Numbered from the whole stretch's first letter, positions 13,263 through 25,600 are shown. The stretch is DNA of 61,044 nt, filler included, from Basidiobolus ranarum (GCA_040143965.1; 4 parts of 4 records of this genome joined end to end with filler, not necessarily neighbours in it); one strand, 5' to 3'. Made by a program: numbers and translations. The notes: a model not told the origin generated them from the sequence alone.

Positions 13263-13877
13263 ATGGGTGCTTATAAATATATCGAAGAGTTGTACAAGAA
13301 GAAGCAGTCCGATGTTATGGGCTTCTTGCTCCGTGTTCGTTGTTGGGAATACAGACAATTGAACGTTATCCATCGTGCTTCCCGTCCTTCCCGCCCTGAT
13401 AAGGCTCGTCGTTTGGGATACAAGGCCAAGCAAGGTTACGTTATCTATCGTATCCGTGTCCGTCGTGGTAACCGTAAGAGACCTGTTTCCAAGGGTGCTC
13501 AATTCGGTAAGCCTGTTAACCAAGGTATCAACCACCTTAAATACCAACGTTCCCTTCGCGCTACTGCTGAAGAACGTGTTGGTCGCAAATGCGCCAACTT
13601 GAGAGTATTGAACTCATACTGGGTTAACCAAGACTCTACCTACAAGTACTTCGAGATTATTCTCGTTGATCCTTCCCACAAGGCTATCCGCCGTGATGCT
13701 CGCATTAACTGGATCTGTAACCCTGTTCACAAGCGCCGTGAAGCCCGCGGTCTTACTGCTATTGGTAAGAAGAACAGAGGTCACGGTAAGGGTCACGCCT
13801 TCAACAAAACCATCGGTTCTGGTAGACGCAACAACTGGATCAAGAGAAACACTTTGTCCCTTAGACGTTATCGTTAA
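13263..13877 (+). CDS. RPL15: 60S ribosomal protein L15 (eL15)
   Basis: 204-aa [35 protein letters not shown]...[17 protein letters not shown], with strongly biased codon usage. Confidence 0.99.
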   Translation: MGAYKYIEELYKKKQSDVMGFLLRVRCWEYRQLNVIHRASRPSRPDKARRLGYKAKQGYVIYRIRVRRGNRKRPVSKGAQFGKPVNQGINHLKYQRSLRATAEERVGRKCANLRVLNSYWVNQDSTYKYFEIILVDPSHKAIRRDARINWICNPVHKRREARGLTAIGKKNRGHGKGHAFNKTIGSGRRNNWIKRNTLSLRRYR

Positions 13878-14438
13878 ACTAAGTAGTCTATTTGAAACTG
13901 GGCTACTTGATAATAATAAAAGAACTATTCTCAGCCTCCAACTCCATGTTTTTTCGTTGTCATATACATCACGCTTCATCTATGAAACAATCGCCAAGGT
14001 ACATAGACGTAGATTTCTATAAGAATCAGGTAATGTTCCTGTAATTTGCTTGGCTGCCATAGCTAGTGTAATCATCAGATGGTGCTTGGATCAGGAACTC
14101 AGCTGGTGTTCATGTAGCGACATCTAATCTAAAAATAGAAGCCACGAAGAACAGCTCTTGAGATGCAGTGACAGCATTAATTTAAGCTTAAGTTTTGAGA
14201 TAGCAAAATCAGCCAAATCAGCCCCAATCAGCCAATCTAACTCAAATATATTGCTTTGTAAATCATGATGGCGTAAACTGTGGTCATATTCATTCTTAAT
14301 CCAGCTAACCACAATATTCGATGTGTATTAGTGACATCTTGGCTGGGTGACGTTGTAATGATTATAGGAGTCAAATATCCAATGACTACCTGATGAGAAG
14401 CTATATATACTGCTACAGTCTTTCTTTAAATCAAGAAA

Positions 14439-14684
14439 ATGCGCACTTCATCTCTGTTCATATTGCTGGCTTTAGTTTGCATCTCTGTCAAGAGTGCTCC
14501 TCTGTTCCCCTACAACCCGACAGACACCCCGACAGACACCCCGACAGACACTATTGCTAGGACGACGATACCACGTATGGATTTACCTAATCTGGATTTT
14601 GAGTATGTGTATCATTATGCTAAGCAAGAGAACGATGCACGTGCTTTCTTGGAAAATGAAATTGATTCAGAGGAGCTACTATGA
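14439..14684 (+). CDS. Small secreted protein (81 aa) with a (PTDT)x3 repeat
   Basis: Signal-peptide-like MRTSSLFILLALVCISVKSAP, TATA-like TATATATA about 35 nt upstream, and a 12-nt tandem repeat (CCGACAGACACC). Confidence 0.6.
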   Translation: MRTSSLFILLALVCISVKSAPLFPYNPTDTPTDTPTDTIARTTIPRMDLPNLDFEYVYHYAKQENDARAFLENEIDSEELL

Positions 14685-15011
14685 ATACTCCTTATTCCAT
14701 TGTCCCGAGTCGCTATTGATCGAGCAAATTTACCTCCTTCCATTCGCACTGTGCGATCTTGTATTCTAGCATCTTGTAAACTACGTAATGTATGCCACTC
14801 CTTTTGTAATCCTCCATTTCAAATTAACTCCATGCGCATATAGAATGAGCTGTTAAATATAAAATGATTCAAGTGAATTTTTTGTTACAGCTGCATTTAT
14901 GCTTTTAATAAAAGCTCCATGATATTGAATAGATCAATCGAAGTCTTTTTATTGTTTCTACGTCTATTTAAGTCCGAAAGTCTTTTAACTTCACCATAGT
15001 CATGTTCAAAA

Positions 15012-15216
15012 TCATGACAACTTCTTATCTACTATTTCTTTGATAAGTTTCCGAATTTTGAGATCCTTAATCTGCTCTAACCCTTTGTTCAGCTTGCTAT
15101 AGTCAAGAGAATCAGAGGATCCTCCCTGCTGGTCTCTAAACCCTGAAGCAATAACGTCGTTGGCAATTCTTTCCTTATCGTCATCAGACAGTTCACCCTG
15201 ATGCTTAGATATGCGG
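15012..15216 (-). CDS. 3' end of an unidentified coding sequence truncated by the assembly gap
   Basis: Open frame from the gap edge: RISKHQGELSDDDKERIANDVIASGFRDQQGGSSDSLDYSKLNKGLEQIKDLKIRKLIKEIVDKKLS*. Composition is protein-like. Confidence 0.5.
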
Positions 15217-15316
15217 NNNNNNNNNNNNNNNNNNNNNNNNNNNNNNNNNNNNNNNNNNNNTTAATTAATTAANNNNNNNNNNNNNNNNNNNNNNNNNNNN
15301 NNNNNNNNNNNNNNNN
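15217..15316. other. Assembly gap with artificial TTAATTAATTAA linker
   Basis: N-run flanking a 12-mer with stops in all frames; identical at 30521-30620 and 45788-45887. Confidence 0.97.
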
Positions 15317-15421
15317 TGCACTATGAATGTCAACTTTTTACTCAATAAATCAATAAGTAAAAACCATCAATCTCTCTAGCTTTTCAAAACACTTCAAACA
15401 GACTCCCAAAAAACTTTAGCA
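15317..15421 (+). mobile_element. 3' fragment of the ~340-bp LTR family
   Basis: ATGTCAACTTTTTACTCAATAAATCAATAAG...CTCCCAAAAAACTTTAGCA matches the 3' end of the copies at 45169 and 57152. Confidence 0.8.
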
Positions 15422-16084
15422 TTGAATAGTGACTTTATGTCTTCCCCTAGCTTCATTTTCAAATTACAAAATCACTTTCTTAGAAGCATCTTGTTGGCAG
15501 CAGAACATGATGAGTTGATGTCTTCCAATGCATTCCATACCTTCCTGGCAATTTTTGCTCTTGAACATGGAATTCACAACTTGTCTTTAACATTAGGACA
15601 AATTGTGTTAAAGGCACTTTGTACTTTTTTAACCTGCAGAAAAACTTCAGTTCCTGATGGTTTTGCATAGCTTTCTTCTCCTACTACAATGTCCCAAAGT
15701 CCTCTTTCTTGCAGTGTCCCAGACTCCTTTTTCTTGCAGCTGCATTTTCATTTTAATTTTCCAAATTTGATAATTGGTTTCATCCAATTTTTCAGAAGAG
15801 GGAAAAGTTCCAGAAATTTGAGTAGACATTACAAATAGTGCAAAGTTGACATCTAGAATTGTCATGATGTAAGCAAATAAGCATGAAGGATGTATTAAGA
15901 AAAGTCCCATGAACATGTGTGCAATGTTTGGGGCTTCTAGACAAGTTATCAAAACTTATATATCTGAGAACTTCCAAGTGAATTCCAATATCAAATAGTG
16001 GTAGATACCCTAGTGAAATACAGAGTAACTAAATACTAAGCAATATATGACTATGTAGATGTTTAGGCAATGCTTAATTCAACA
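15422..16084 (-). mobile_element. Decayed Ty1/copia retrotransposon 5' end: partial LTR (16084-~15845) plus gag pseudogene (ATG 15829)
   Basis: KLDETNYQIWKIKMKMQLQEKGVWD fits the copia gag N-terminal motif. Downstream, frameshifted segments read AKIARKVWNALEDINSSCSAANKMLLRK*FCNLKMKLGED. The LTR-family sequence begins TGTTGAATT at 16084. Confidence 0.85.
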
Positions 16085-18560
16085 AGTCCAAGAAACTAAA
16101 ATCCCCGATGTCATATTGGCAACCATATAGTATTTCTTATTGATTGATATTGAAACGAGTGTATGTTTATAGTAAGTTGCCCACACTGAAATTTTCCAAA
16201 GCTACACGTAGTTGAGATGAGGAGCCCGCGCCAAATACAAGATTACAAGAGTGTTACTAAATGCTTGCTGCAATTGATTTAGGAGAGTATCTCAGGAATG
16301 TATACTAGATTTCCCCTGAAGGAGATTTGAGACTGGCTGCTAACCAGACTAAACATGATTTGATGCTTTAGGATTGTTTCGATTGAAATCAGTTTTTACT
16401 ATTGCTATCAAAACCAATTATTCATTGCTATCTCTGATGCCGAAGGTATGCTTCACTGGCATGGAACATCTCTGATTATAAACTGCCTCCGATATACCGC
16501 GACTATGAGCAGAGTATTTCCTGCTTATATCATATCGCTAAAGACGTGAGTAGAGTATTCTGCGGATAATCACATTTAGAAATCAGATCAAAACCACTAT
16601 TCTTACAATTGGATTCATATCTGTTTGCCAATGGCTCAAATACCTACATGACGGGCTATGCACCTTTTCCGAGCAATAAGATCACAGTCCCATCTCAAAT
16701 CCTACCTCACGAACTCTCTTCCAGCACTCTCCTTGAATATCCAAAATTTGCCAACAATTTCCAAAATGGGACGTTCATGCAACCCCATAGATTGGATGCT
16801 ACTATGCGCACTTATGTATGTACTGGATATGGAATAGCATATCCGTTTAGAGAAATGGAGTTGTCGTGGTGCATTCGCATGTGTTGCAAACTCCATGCCG
16901 AGGAAAGAAGAGCTAAAGCATGATGAATTCCATATATATAAAGAATCAGTGTTGGATTCGATTCTGCGCAGTATCATTTTTGTACCAACTTCATCGTAAT
17001 TAGTGTAACCGAATGTTTCTGCCTAGCTGTAATATGACTTATTTGGGTTTGATTGATAGATAGCAAGCTATCCAATGAAGTTGCAATATGCATTATTGTG
17101 TAGTCGGGACTGTTCGTTCCTAATCACCAACGATAGTCAAGTTCTATCCCACGTTTTGCCTCGCTCTCTTGTAACCATTTCGACGAACTCATCGAGGTGA
17201 TGCAATACCTCTGTCGTTTATCTCCCCTTGTTCATCGTTGCTGACTTGTGACGATCAACATGAGTTATTATTCTGAGTCGATCGTTAAGTTACCTTGGTG
17301 GAAAACAAGTTCAAGGATCACCACCAGCTGGTAAAAGTCTAAGCCTTGCAGCATTTCATTGGTAATTATGGCGAGGCGTGAACTACAATGAGGTCAATAG
17401 TTTTGAAGTAATTAGGATCGTTTTCTCAATCAATACGATCTCCCCATGTTTCTTCAGAATTGCCGTCCAACGAATGACTCGGATAAAATCCATATGCATC
17501 AGGAGCAGTGCATCCTCTACATACTAGTTTCTCAGTCTGGAGGCTGGCGGCTTTTAAAAGTACCACAATCGAGTCTTGGTGGTAGCATGTGAGTCACCAT
17601 GCAAACTTTAGTTGATATTATGTATAGAATCTCCTAATCGGGTGTAAGAAGTTGGATTTATCAATTCACGTTCGCAATGAGATTGCGCTTCTCCAGCCTT
17701 TCAACAAAAATAATTATGGGCAGATTGTTTCATTTAATTACTTTTTAAGCACCACTATAAGAAACGTTCATTTGGGCAGGTCGACCTCCATCCAAACGCT
17801 CCCATTGCTCAATCTCCTACCTGTAATATACCAATAATGTAACCCTTTCTAAAACCAAGCCTAATTCATCAAATCTAACAGTTGCCAAACGATCGAAAAT
17901 GGATGCAAGCAGGAAAGATGGTTACCTTTAAGAATATCGTCATATACACTGATACAGCATAAGAAACTTCAGGAATGTCCATATGTGGTGTACACCCGTG
18001 AATTTATAATGGCCAATATTTGCTTTCTCCTACTGTATATACCACACCCCTTTTGAATTCCCCTTTATGAAATACGATGCATTTGAACTCAGTTTTTCCT
18101 AAAACCCCTCGCCATACAACTCCCATTTTTGGTGTTGACGTACAGCTTTCACATCTACTCCCCCTGTTTCGCAAACCTTTAGATGCTGTGGTGACTACTT
18201 GAAATACCTTAACGAAACTTACCATTTATGTAGCTAGTTATCGCAATTTTTCCTATAAAAATCTATTCAAGTACTTTAATTCCCCCGCCCTACTCCCGCT
18301 TCCCCAAATCCTTACACTTCGCACAACTGCTACTTCATCTTGGTTTTTGCAATACCTCTTCTACCCAATATATCGGAATTCGTGGTTTAAAGATCAAATC
18401 TATTCACTGGGTATACTCTCGAACTTGATTGAACCAATACCCTTCCATAACAAGATTAGCCGCGAATCTTATACGAGAGTTGACTAAGAGAGTTCGAAAC
18501 TTGCTATTGTGCTCTAATATAACCGTTCGTTCTTCCTATACATACTGCAGTATTCAACCA

Positions 18561-19606
18561 ATGGTGGTATTGAGGGAGGATTTCTATGTTGTCCAAGCTT
18601 CACAGGCGCAAAAATACGGGGGGAATGGAATCATTCGAACCGTACTGGTACCGGCTACTTTCTCCTTACTTCAACTTCATGTAGTGATTCAAGAACTATT
18701 TGGATGGATCGAGACAAGACATTCTTATCATACTTTTAGACATTTCCCGTACACAAAAAATGAGAATAATCTTACCACAGAGAACCCTGATGTGATCTAT
18801 CAGTTGGTTACTCCTGACACTTGTGAGGGTTGGATAAAGAATATAGCCCCAGGTCTATTCATAGGTAAACATTGGATTCATTTCGTACTTGTTCTAAATC
18901 ATTCAAAAAATTTCTGACTAAAATCCTTTCACTCATCCCATTAGAACACACTCACCCTCATGATCCTGCACCACTGTTTTCTTTACACAATCTAGCGCAA
19001 CCAAGGGACCTTCTGACAATGCGCATCTTAAGAGATGAGCGAGTATATAAGTTACGCCATGTATTTGGAACGACTCCAGTACTCGAATATGAATTCGAGA
19101 CTGGCATAGAAACCCATCCAGCTCATAAGCTTCATTTAACTCATATGGAGACAATTGCCCTAGACCGGACGTTATTAAAGGAGCCTGGTAGATACCCGAT
19201 GGTTCTGGAAACTCTGAGTAAAGATATCACACAACCTAGAAAGGCAGAGGATGGAGATATTTGGAATATACAAGAAAGGTTGAATGTCGCTCATACTAAT
19301 GGTGTAAACAGTTCACGGTGTTATTTGTGTAGAAGATATCGCGGAGACTGCGCTAAAGGTAATACGACATCAGAGCGAGAGAAGTGCTGCGATTTTTGTC
19401 TGCATCATTTAGATCAAAAAATCGAGCCACTACAAGAAGACCTGGCGTATATGGCTTGGGTGCAAGGGAAGCAAGAGTTAATACTAGAACGCATCAAGTT
19501 TTTGAATCGACATGACGAAGAAACTCAATGTGAATGGTGGGAAGAAAACGATGAACCATGTTGTTTCTGTTCTTCATCTATATTTTTCGCGCCTACTAAA
19601 GGCTAA
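18561..19606 (+). CDS. pRiA4b ORF-3-like (MM3350-like) domain protein with Cys-rich C-terminus; 2 exons (intron 18865-18944)
   Basis: IIRTVLVPATFSLLQLHVVIQELFGW...H matches the R-x-x-x-V-P...L-x-x-L-H-x-x-I-Q-x-x-F-G-W motif. LEYEF and RYP follow. The intron joins ORFs 18429 and 18872. Confidence 0.7.
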
Positions 19607-20896
19607 GACTACCTACAATGTTACTTAATTTCAAACTGTCTTTTTATGTCACTTCCAGAATCCCTTGCTTCCTTTCCCTTTTTTTAGACTCATATTTTGA
19701 GCTGTGGTTACCCTAGCTTTGTGATTCCTAGTTTTTTTGTGTAGATTAACTTTCTTTCACCATCTATTATATTCAGCTATAGTTATTATTTGGAATATTT
19801 TATAAATTCGAATAATTTGTATAAAACGTTCATCTTTTTCAGTCATTCCATGTTAGCCATGATTTCGCTTCACTTCTCTTGATGGGTTAAGATACTTTGT
19901 TTCTGCATTATCTGCGTTCTGGGTGCAGAATGATTGGTATTATAAACTCAATCCTAGGCCTATCTCTTTCTCCTTAGGTTTTGGAATATAGGAATCAGAA
20001 ATCAAAAGTACACTACACTTCTTAGATCTTACACCATTTTATTCGACCCTATCCAAGTTTACTGCACCTGTAACGCTTCGACCTACCAAGACACCATTAT
20101 TCGGTCTCAGTACGGTATTTCCCCTCCATCCAAGTGGCTTTGGAAATATTATGACATATCAATCAGGATACCCTTCCTGACCAGACCTGACAGAGAATGA
20201 AATTACTTGAGAAGGGTACCTGCTTAATCGTATTAAAATCAAGAGTCACAAAGTCTGAAATTAGTACCAATTCCACCTATCGCTAGAATATACATCCCCT
20301 ACCGCTCGCATTTGCAGAGGAAATGCCATCACGTAAACATAAGAACCGACTTGGCCAAGGGATTTTACCATATTCATGAATACGCCAAAACACTAGGTAA
20401 AAGGGCCACCACCAATCATCGATATTTAGATATAAATAGTAACTGACCACTCGATACTTCATTTTGCTTGACTAAGAATTTCGAATTTCTTATGGATGTA
20501 ATGAAATCAAGAAAATATAGTTTTAACCTTTCTTCAGATATTTGATTCAGCCAATGTGCTTATCGTTACTTGAAGTATGCTGATTGGTGAATTTCATGGG
20601 TGATAACTTGTTGGAAAGCTGTGGCCAAATTCTTAGAACAACGGCTAGTTAATTAAGCATTCATTGGTAGAACTGAAACGCTTTGGGTATGGCTACAATC
20701 CATATTACCAGCCACATGGACCAGCATATGAAGATGATTTGTTGATTGATGTCAATGAAATTTGTGTTACGATAGAAAAGGTAAAGCTGATGATCTAACA
20801 AGTAACATATTTAAAGAGGCAAAATATGCTCTACATTGAAAAGTACGCACACTTTGTACATTGCCTCTCTTCATTACAACTAACACGCCTTCCATC

Positions 20897-21166
20897 ATGA
20901 TTAACATTTCTTACGATCTTTCGGATGTCGCTTGGACATTGTTACTTTTAGGGGGTTGGTTTCTTGGACGTCCTTATTTGAAGCGTTACCTGGAGAATGA
21001 TGTACGTAATCATCAAGCCGAACTGAAAAAACAAATGGAGGAACAGGAACGTATCTATAAGGAGGAGTTATTGAAGGAAACCCTCAAGATTCAGGAATTA
21101 ACAGAAGAAGAAGCTAAGGAGCTTGAAGAAGAAGAAAAACCCATCCAAGACAAAAAGATAATTTAA
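20897..21166 (+). CDS. Small single-pass membrane protein, PGA2-like
   Basis: One TM helix (VAWTLLLLGGWFLGRPYL) followed by a charged coiled-coil tail. The GG-x-x-x-x-RPY pattern recalls the PGA2 family. Confidence 0.55.
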   Translation: MINISYDLSDVAWTLLLLGGWFLGRPYLKRYLENDVRNHQAELKKQMEEQERIYKEELLKETLKIQELTEEEAKELEEEEKPIQDKKII

Positions 21167-21763
21167 TCCTAAAGCAGCCGTATTTATCCAGCATTTCCGT
21201 ATCAAGAATTTTTTAACAGAAACACGAGACGTCTTCTTCCATCACACCCGGCTCTAATACTATGTGTTTGTCAGTAGAATTTGTAGTTAAACTTCAATAT
21301 AGATAAAATAAACTAATCATAATAACCTATTTCTCATGTACATAATCCTTGTATATCATGAGGCTTATCGTGACAAACAAGGAGTCACTTGATTATCATC
21401 GTTAATAATAGCACAGCCGGGCCCTTGAATGTCGGGATTGCTTAATTGTTCCATTGGATCGTTTCTTTTCAGCCTGATTAATTGTAAATATATCTTGCGT
21501 GAATAAGGAGTGGCTCATGCATTGACAGTGAGACTTAAACAAAGAGGTGTAGATTTTGTGTTAGTTATTGTCGAACCAACCCAATCTAACATTAGGATGT
21601 ATTTCGGGGGGCTTCCATATAAGGAAGAGTTCTAGAAGGGGCTTCAAACAGGTTGAGAAAGTAGGGATGAAGGGACATATGCATAGGAAAGTCAATTGTA
21701 CTTACTACTCCATGTGACGTTCGAGGTATATAAAGATTGACGATCTATACTTCAAGTCCAACT

Positions 21764-23338
21764 ATGTTTTTCTCACTGGTTATCACTTTTCTTGCATTGA
21801 ATGCACTTTTTGGAGCGTTCAGAGGTGAGAACAAAGCAAGGTTAATTCGAACTGCTTTCAACTCCACCGGCGAGTGGCTCAGTGAATCTGAAGTCAACGA
21901 GCTAATACGAACAAGAAGGCGGTTTATGGATATCACTAATGGTGAAATGGCCAGAGTTCCTATAAATTCCCCTAACTATGGTATTTCAACGTATGTTTGG
22001 TATTCGACTTGACTAGGATCTAAAAGTACTTTTTCAGATATCCCATCTGCATTGATCGCTCAACATGAAGTGCAGTTATATATAAAAGATATCGAGTCAG
22101 CACTGATGACGCTAGCTCTCAAGCATCTAACTCAATTCAAGAATCGGTATCACAACTCTGAGTTCGGGGTAGGGTTCAGCAGTGCACAGGACTACATTTG
22201 AAGAAAATAATCACCAATTGACTTACCGAAATCATATCTTAGCTTGCAGCATCAGAATGGCTCTACCAGCAACTTGAGTACATAATATCCAGTAATCCCG
22301 AAGCGAATGTAAGCCTGAATTATTTCACTCATTCGTGGATGCAAAAATCCATCATCGTGAGATTTGAAGCAGGTACCAAGAGCAACTCTGAGAGTATTAT
22401 TGTAAGCGGATCGCTCGACTCTTTGAACAAATGGCTCCCAAGGTAGATCCAATAAGTATCAGAGTGTAGAAACTTTCATTAATTGTCGTTAATAGCACTG
22501 GTGTAGCACCTGGCGCAGGTATTAATTTTCATCATAGAGTTTGATTAAATGCATTTATTGAAGTTGCTCTCAAGATGATAGTGGAAGTGGGGCAGTTTCG
22601 ATGCTAGAAGCATTTCGTTGCTTAATTGACGGTAGCTATAAGCCAAGTCGCTCAGTTGAGTTTCACTGGTAAGTCTCGAGGTAATGGGCTCTACGGCAGC
22701 TCCAAGCATACTTATGAATCTTTAAGGTACTCTGGACATGCCGCTGGCTTAATAGGTTCGCAAGATGTAGCTAGGTCCTATGTCGCTCAAAGTCGGGAGG
22801 TGATCGGCTTGTTGCATGTTAGTAGTCTAGAATATGCTAGCGCGCAACATATTTATTCTAACTGACTTTTTTCACGGCAGTCGGATATGACGGGATTTAC
22901 TCGCTACTCAAATGAAGTAGGTGTAGTTACCGACGTATCTGATCCAGACCTATCTACACTAGTGTTGTTGATAATCTCAGAGTATACTAGCTTGGTAGGA
23001 AAGGCGATGAAATGGTAATCTTCAAATTAGTTTAAAATTGTATATACATACTATAATTGACTGTTATGTTTATTAGTGAATTTGCATGCTCGGACCATTT
23101 GTCTTGGCACCTTTCTGGGTATCGATCAACTTTCCAACATGAAAGTAAGCTATACTACTACTTGACTATCTCATATCTCAAATATCCTCATCCATTTTCT
23201 CCAGGTCCATCTTTAGATTTCAATCCGTTCACGAGGACTGGTTCCGATACTATTCAAAATATCGACTTTAGTCGCATGAAAGAATTTACTAAAGTACTCA
23301 TTGGTTTTGTCATAGAAATGAATCAACAAATTAGATAG
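21764..23338 (+). CDS. Secreted M28 leucine-aminopeptidase homologue with degenerate active site; 9 exons
   Basis: Signal peptide, then RRFMDIT, FKNRYHNSEFG, HSWMQKSII, APGADDSGSG, VEFHWYS, GLIGSQ, DMTGF and ACSDH. All exons join in frame through GT-AG introns. Confidence 0.85.
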
Positions 23339-23644
23339 CCTTTGAGTTACCACCCGAACAGTCGTATTGCTTTCTAGACGCTACATTAAACATTATTTAA
23401 GTACATTTGCAAATTTATGACTTTTCATGGCTGGATACGCATATCGGACTGAAATGATCATTATGCATTACTGGTTTTATGAGTAAATAAAGAGGTATAA
23501 TATTGTGCTTTATATGACATACAATAAAGATAAATACAATATAAAGCGACAATATCAATGAGGAGGTTTTTCCATTTGGGGTGTATACAAATAGCATCCA
23601 TTTTATTTTCTCAAATCACAAAATAAGTTAATTCATTGTATATA

Positions 23645-24526
23645 TTACTTTGAGTTGGTTTCGAACTTAGGAGCCTTCTCTTTTAAATCGGCACGAATTT
23701 TATATACAGACTCGGCATCTTTAAGTATGTCAGTGTCTACTTCTTGGACAAAATATCCTTCCTTGGAATCCGGTACGGATCTAAGAGAGCCTTTGAAAGG
23801 CACAGTTATTTGAGAACAACCTGCCGAGTGGATGATCTCACCCACTTGATTCTTCTCTGTATCAGGGTCTTGTTGACTATCACCAAAGTTGGCAAATACA
23901 AATATTATCTCATTCTCGAAGGCCCTAGTAACACACAAAGCATTTAACAAAGTGCGTTCTGAGAGTGGATTATGTTTGAGTCCAATGCCGGCATCTTCCA
24001 AACTCCAAAATGCGGGTGCAATAATCATCTCAGCATCCTCCTCTATTAGCTTATGAAAGCCTTCATGAAATATCAAGTCCCAGCATATCAGCAACCCAAC
24101 TTTACCGAAGCGTGTGTTGAAAGTAGGACAATACGTTGTGCCACTCTCGAAATGATCTCGTTCTGGATGCCACAAGTTAACTTTTTGGTATTCACCCAAA
24201 ACTCTCCCCTCTCTATCGATGTAGTATCCAATGTTGTAGCAATTCGAGTTTTCTGAGTTTACTTCTAGTATGGACCCGGGAACTAGATCGATCTTATATT
24301 TACAAGCCAGTACTTTGAAGCGTTCTAAATGAGTTTTACCAAAGTCCTGAGGAGCGTGTCCCGTTTCTGGGTCTGGATGTACATGACTAACTGAATATTC
24401 TGGAAAGACAACCAAATCAGCTCCTTCCGTAGCTACTTGATTTATGTACTCCTCCATACGTGCGAAATTTGCTTCGACATTTAGAGGTAGTGGATGAAAC
24501 TGGATGACTGCGATTTTAAATTTCAT
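23645..24526 (-). CDS. Carbon-nitrogen hydrolase (nitrilase superfamily), intronless
   Basis: Glu-Lys-Cys triad motifs VVFPEY, YQKVNLW and GLLICWD; also RAFEN. Confidence 0.92.
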   Translation of the reverse strand: MKFKIAVIQFHPLPLNVEANFARMEEYINQVATEGADLVVFPEYSVSHVHPDPETGHAPQDFGKTHLERFKVLACKYKIDLVPGSILEVNSENSNCYNIGYYIDREGRVLGEYQKVNLWHPERDHFESGTTYCPTFNTRFGKVGLLICWDLIFHEGFHKLIEEDAEMIIAPAFWSLEDAGIGLKHNPLSERTLLNALCVTRAFENEIIFVFANFGDSQQDPDTEKNQVGEIIHSAGCSQITVPFKGSLRSVPDSKEGYFVQEVDTDILKDAESVYKIRADLKEKAPKFETNSK

Positions 24527-25099
24527 TTTCGTTTAGAGAGAAAATATTTGAGAAATAATAAAAACGTGTTTGGTTTTATTGCCTTTGTGGTATCAGTCCT
24601 TTGCAATACCCAACTGTATCCTTTTTCTGCGTGATGTCACCAGTTAGTGAAGTGGTCATAACATTTCCATGTTTAGTTAATATTCCTCATAAAAGATCAT
24701 AATTCACAATGATTTCTAAATCTAACTGTAATTTCTTAATTTAATAGTGTGATATTACCTAATATTACGATAAACAAATGTCATAACCCAATGAAAAAGG
24801 AGATTTCATAAAATGAGTGATTTGGGTTAATTTAATCTTAATTCAACATGAAGGGCGTAAATAGAACTTTCAGTATTTTTAGGATGTAATGTGTTTAGTT
24901 CCCAACTATACTTCACTATTATAGCTTACTTTGTAATATATTAACATATACCCTATGTTTCGACTTCTTTAATCAGAGTATCGAGTAGCTAAGCCATGAA
25001 GATATGAAAAAAAGTGATTTGATAATGTTAGTGGCAGAAAAAAAAGTATAATGAACTTAGTATTGTCATCCATAATGGTTCAGTTATTTACTAGTGATC

Positions 25100-25600
25100 A
25101 TTATGCTAATTCATTCATGTTACTGTCAAAAGTGACAACTCCCATCAGGAATGGTGAAAGGCAAACAGTGAGCTCTCATGGAATCCAAGGCTCTAATCAG
25201 CAGTGCAGTGCAGAATTCTACACTGGTAAAATAAATGCACTATTGCTCTTCACTACTTTCAACATATTTATGATCAAATTTGAATGTTAACTGTATGATA
25301 AATACATAACTAGTAGTTCATATATATTTAAGCAGCAGTTCCTGAAGATATAGTATTGCTTGCATTATTTATCCCTATGCTATCAGTACTTAAATGCAGT
25401 AATTATGAAAAGTCAATCTTAAGTGCATTTATTTTTCATAGCCCATATTTTGAAAAACTTCATCTTTTAAACTAAATCGTTGGAATAGTTGCATCTGCTT
25501 GTTGATAACCTTTTTGATTCCAAGTACTTTCTTATGACCTGAAATATGTACTCTGAAAGACTATCATTACCAGGAAAGACGGAATTCATCTACAGCATGT
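25100..25600 (-). mobile_element. Highly decayed non-LTR (LINE-like) reverse-transcriptase remnant
   Basis: Minus-strand fragments FPGNDSL, LKIDFS and LSPFL occur in the order of the RT motifs PGxDG, DFxKAFD and QGxxLSPxL. Many stops; boundaries approximate. Confidence 0.35.

Noticed and set aside
13257-14022. Antisense and alternative-frame ORFs over RPL15 (similar shadows over ENP2, PSE1, the hexokinase and the Ctr)
   Set aside because: Expected by-products of codon bias in real genes; they carry no recognisable motifs.
15261-15272. TTAATTAATTAA palindrome repeated three times in the window
   Set aside because: It is always centred in a 100-nt N-run, so it is an artificial scaffolding linker.
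16609-17640. Short ORFs and coding-like fragments
   Set aside because: No family signature could be supported.
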